64,000 bases of DNA from Podarcis gaigeae (Eukaryota). The notes under the pieces were generated by a model that saw only the letters and a list, made by a program, of their open reading frames with translations, was not told the origin of the DNA and did no database searches. This document shows positions 62,130 through 64,000 of the stretch, piece after piece (positions within the stretch are counted from its first letter, which is position 1; the number at the start of each line of letters is the position of its first letter). The stretch is from the NCBI GenBank assembly GCA_964106915.2, contig OZ066916.1; one strand, written 5' to 3'. Both the position numbers and the translations under genes were made by a program.

Positions 62130-64000
62130 CTGAGAAAAGAGAATAAGAATGCTTGCACTTTACTGGGCAAAAACTTTAATCTTAATTTAGTAACAGCACC
62201 TGTATAGAGACTTAAAGGTGTTTGATCCCTTACTAATGCTTCAGTCTGTCTCACATAGGCAGCTAAATGTTGGGTTACATGGAACTCTGCACTACAAATG
62301 CCCAAATTGCCCAAACTCTGAAGCTCATTCAATCGCTTACTAGTTCTAACTTTTTTAAGAAGCAAAAGGACCACTGGTGGCCTCTCTGTTTAGAATTGTC
62401 TAGCAACTTCAAAGCTAGGAAAAACCACCCCCCTACACCCATTCTTTTCCTTTTGGAAAGAAATGTGCAGTATGCTCATCAGTATGTTTAGTCAGAACTA
62501 GTCCTCATATGTTTATTTCATTGTTCATTTTTTTTACAGATTTGTTCAAAGCAGCTTACAGTATAAGAACGTCACAGAATACCATAAAATACCTACTAAA
62601 AATGGACATACACACACACAACATTCATATATCAAAAAACAGTAATAGAGGGACAGAAATAAAACAACAAAGCCAATAAAATAATCAAATGTCTTCCAAA
62701 ACAGTCGTGTTTTTTGCCAGATGTGCATAGAAAGATTAGCCTGATAAATATGCATTGGGAGGGCATTTCACTTAAGTGGGAGTTACTCAGAAGTAATTAT
62801 TTATTTGTTCAATAAAGCTTACAATAAAGCCACTTACTCAAAACGATAGACTTTGTTTCCCCAGGGATATGCCTTTTTGCGACTGTAATTCTACATGGTT
62901 ATAGTTCTATTCAGGCATCTCCCCAAAATGATTTTTTTAAAAATGTTTCAGAAAATCATGAGGTCTCAGCTGAAGTGAAGACACAGAGAAAGGACAGCAG
63001 CTTGCTCAGCAGTAATTTGGAGGTGAACATGTTAACTCAGAGTCATGAAGCACTAATTTCTTCAGATCAATCAATAGTGAAAATCATGGGTATGGGGTGG
63101 TTATTGAACTGTTGGCTCCTTTAGCCGGGGTGATGATCAAGCGGCTGGTTGGAAGAACCAGGCCTATGGCAGGAAAACTGCATTAAGTATGATGGTAGTA
63201 AATAAAATAGCAGGCTCCAAAGAGTGGCTTTTAAAAGTTACATTGACAGGTGGAAATACCCTGGCAAGTACAATAATGAGAAATGCCTTTCCTCTTGATT
63301 TTCTACCTCAATCAAACAAGCTTCTGCTGCAATAAAATATGTCAACTCAAACTCTCTGTGAGAAATGTTTTATACCCCTACTACTCTAAGGCTCTGTATA
63401 CACTAGACATATTTAGTGCACATTTGAAGCACATTAACTACCTTTGAATTCGGGGCACTGTAGTTTGTTAAGGGTTGCTGGAAACTAACTCTGTGAGGGG
63501 TAAACTATGGTGCCCAGAACTCTTTGAGGGAAAGAAAGTGCTTTGAAGGGCAAGTGCAAGTTGCGCATGTATTGGCATCTAAATAATCAGTGATTTGGAT
63601 AGATGAAACTGCTGTTTGCAAAAAGCTGCACTGATTGAGGTGGGGCGAATTGGTGACAACAAATCATATAAACAAGAGATTCGAGCTAAGGGCCAAGTAA
63701 TAGCTTTTTAGATATTTGGTGGCAATACTACAGAACCATCATTTGAGTACATACACCCATCCAGTTTTTATATCCTGTTCTAGACCTTGCAAAACTATTC
63801 CCCACCCCGAGATTTCACAGTGCTTTATACCTGTACCCTATAAAATCTAAAGCTAGCCACCAGAACTAGTTCCTAGTGCTGCTGCAATAACGAAAGGTGA
63901 CTATGGCTGGTTCCTATTCGAAGTAAAGTATTTTCCTCACATTCATGCCCAGATAATTCCTGAAATGGTTTTCAAAGGGTTTTAAAACCCACACTTTACT

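Noticed and set aside
62130-64000. IMPG1 exon 2 or promoter
   Set aside because: No matching coding segment was seen. Exons 1-2 should lie beyond the right edge.

Overview
Vertebrate genomic DNA from a squamate reptile, most likely a lacertid lizard judging from the Sauria-type SINEs and BovB fragments. It contains three N-gaps. Two genes converge tail-to-tail. On the + strand are the last coding exons of MYO6 (myosin VI cargo-binding tail, including the 27-nt small-insert exon) and a ~3.6 kb 3'UTR. On the - strand are 14 coding exons of IMPG1/SPACR (homologues of human exons 3-16; exons 1-2 lie beyond the right edge). All exon boundaries were read by hand, and the phases join into continuous frames. 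The introns are packed with transposons: BovB, L2, CR1, one L1 nested in an L2, tRNA-SINEs, and hAT and pogo/Tigger-like MITEs. There is no prokaryote-type system (CRISPR, operon) and no wholly new protein-coding gene. The most promising new observations concern splicing: (1) a candidate extra 15-nt in-frame MYO6 microexon next to the small insert; (2) a QKI motif cluster after the small-insert exon; (3) a 21-nt IMPG1 microexon with neural/photoreceptor-type architecture inside the SEA-1 basic loop; (4) a hAT MITE whose end builds a consensus branch point for an IMPG1 exon; (5) an early IMPG1 stop followed by a probable 3'UTR intron placed inside the NMD-safe distance. Comparisons with human or chicken are from memory, not from a database search.
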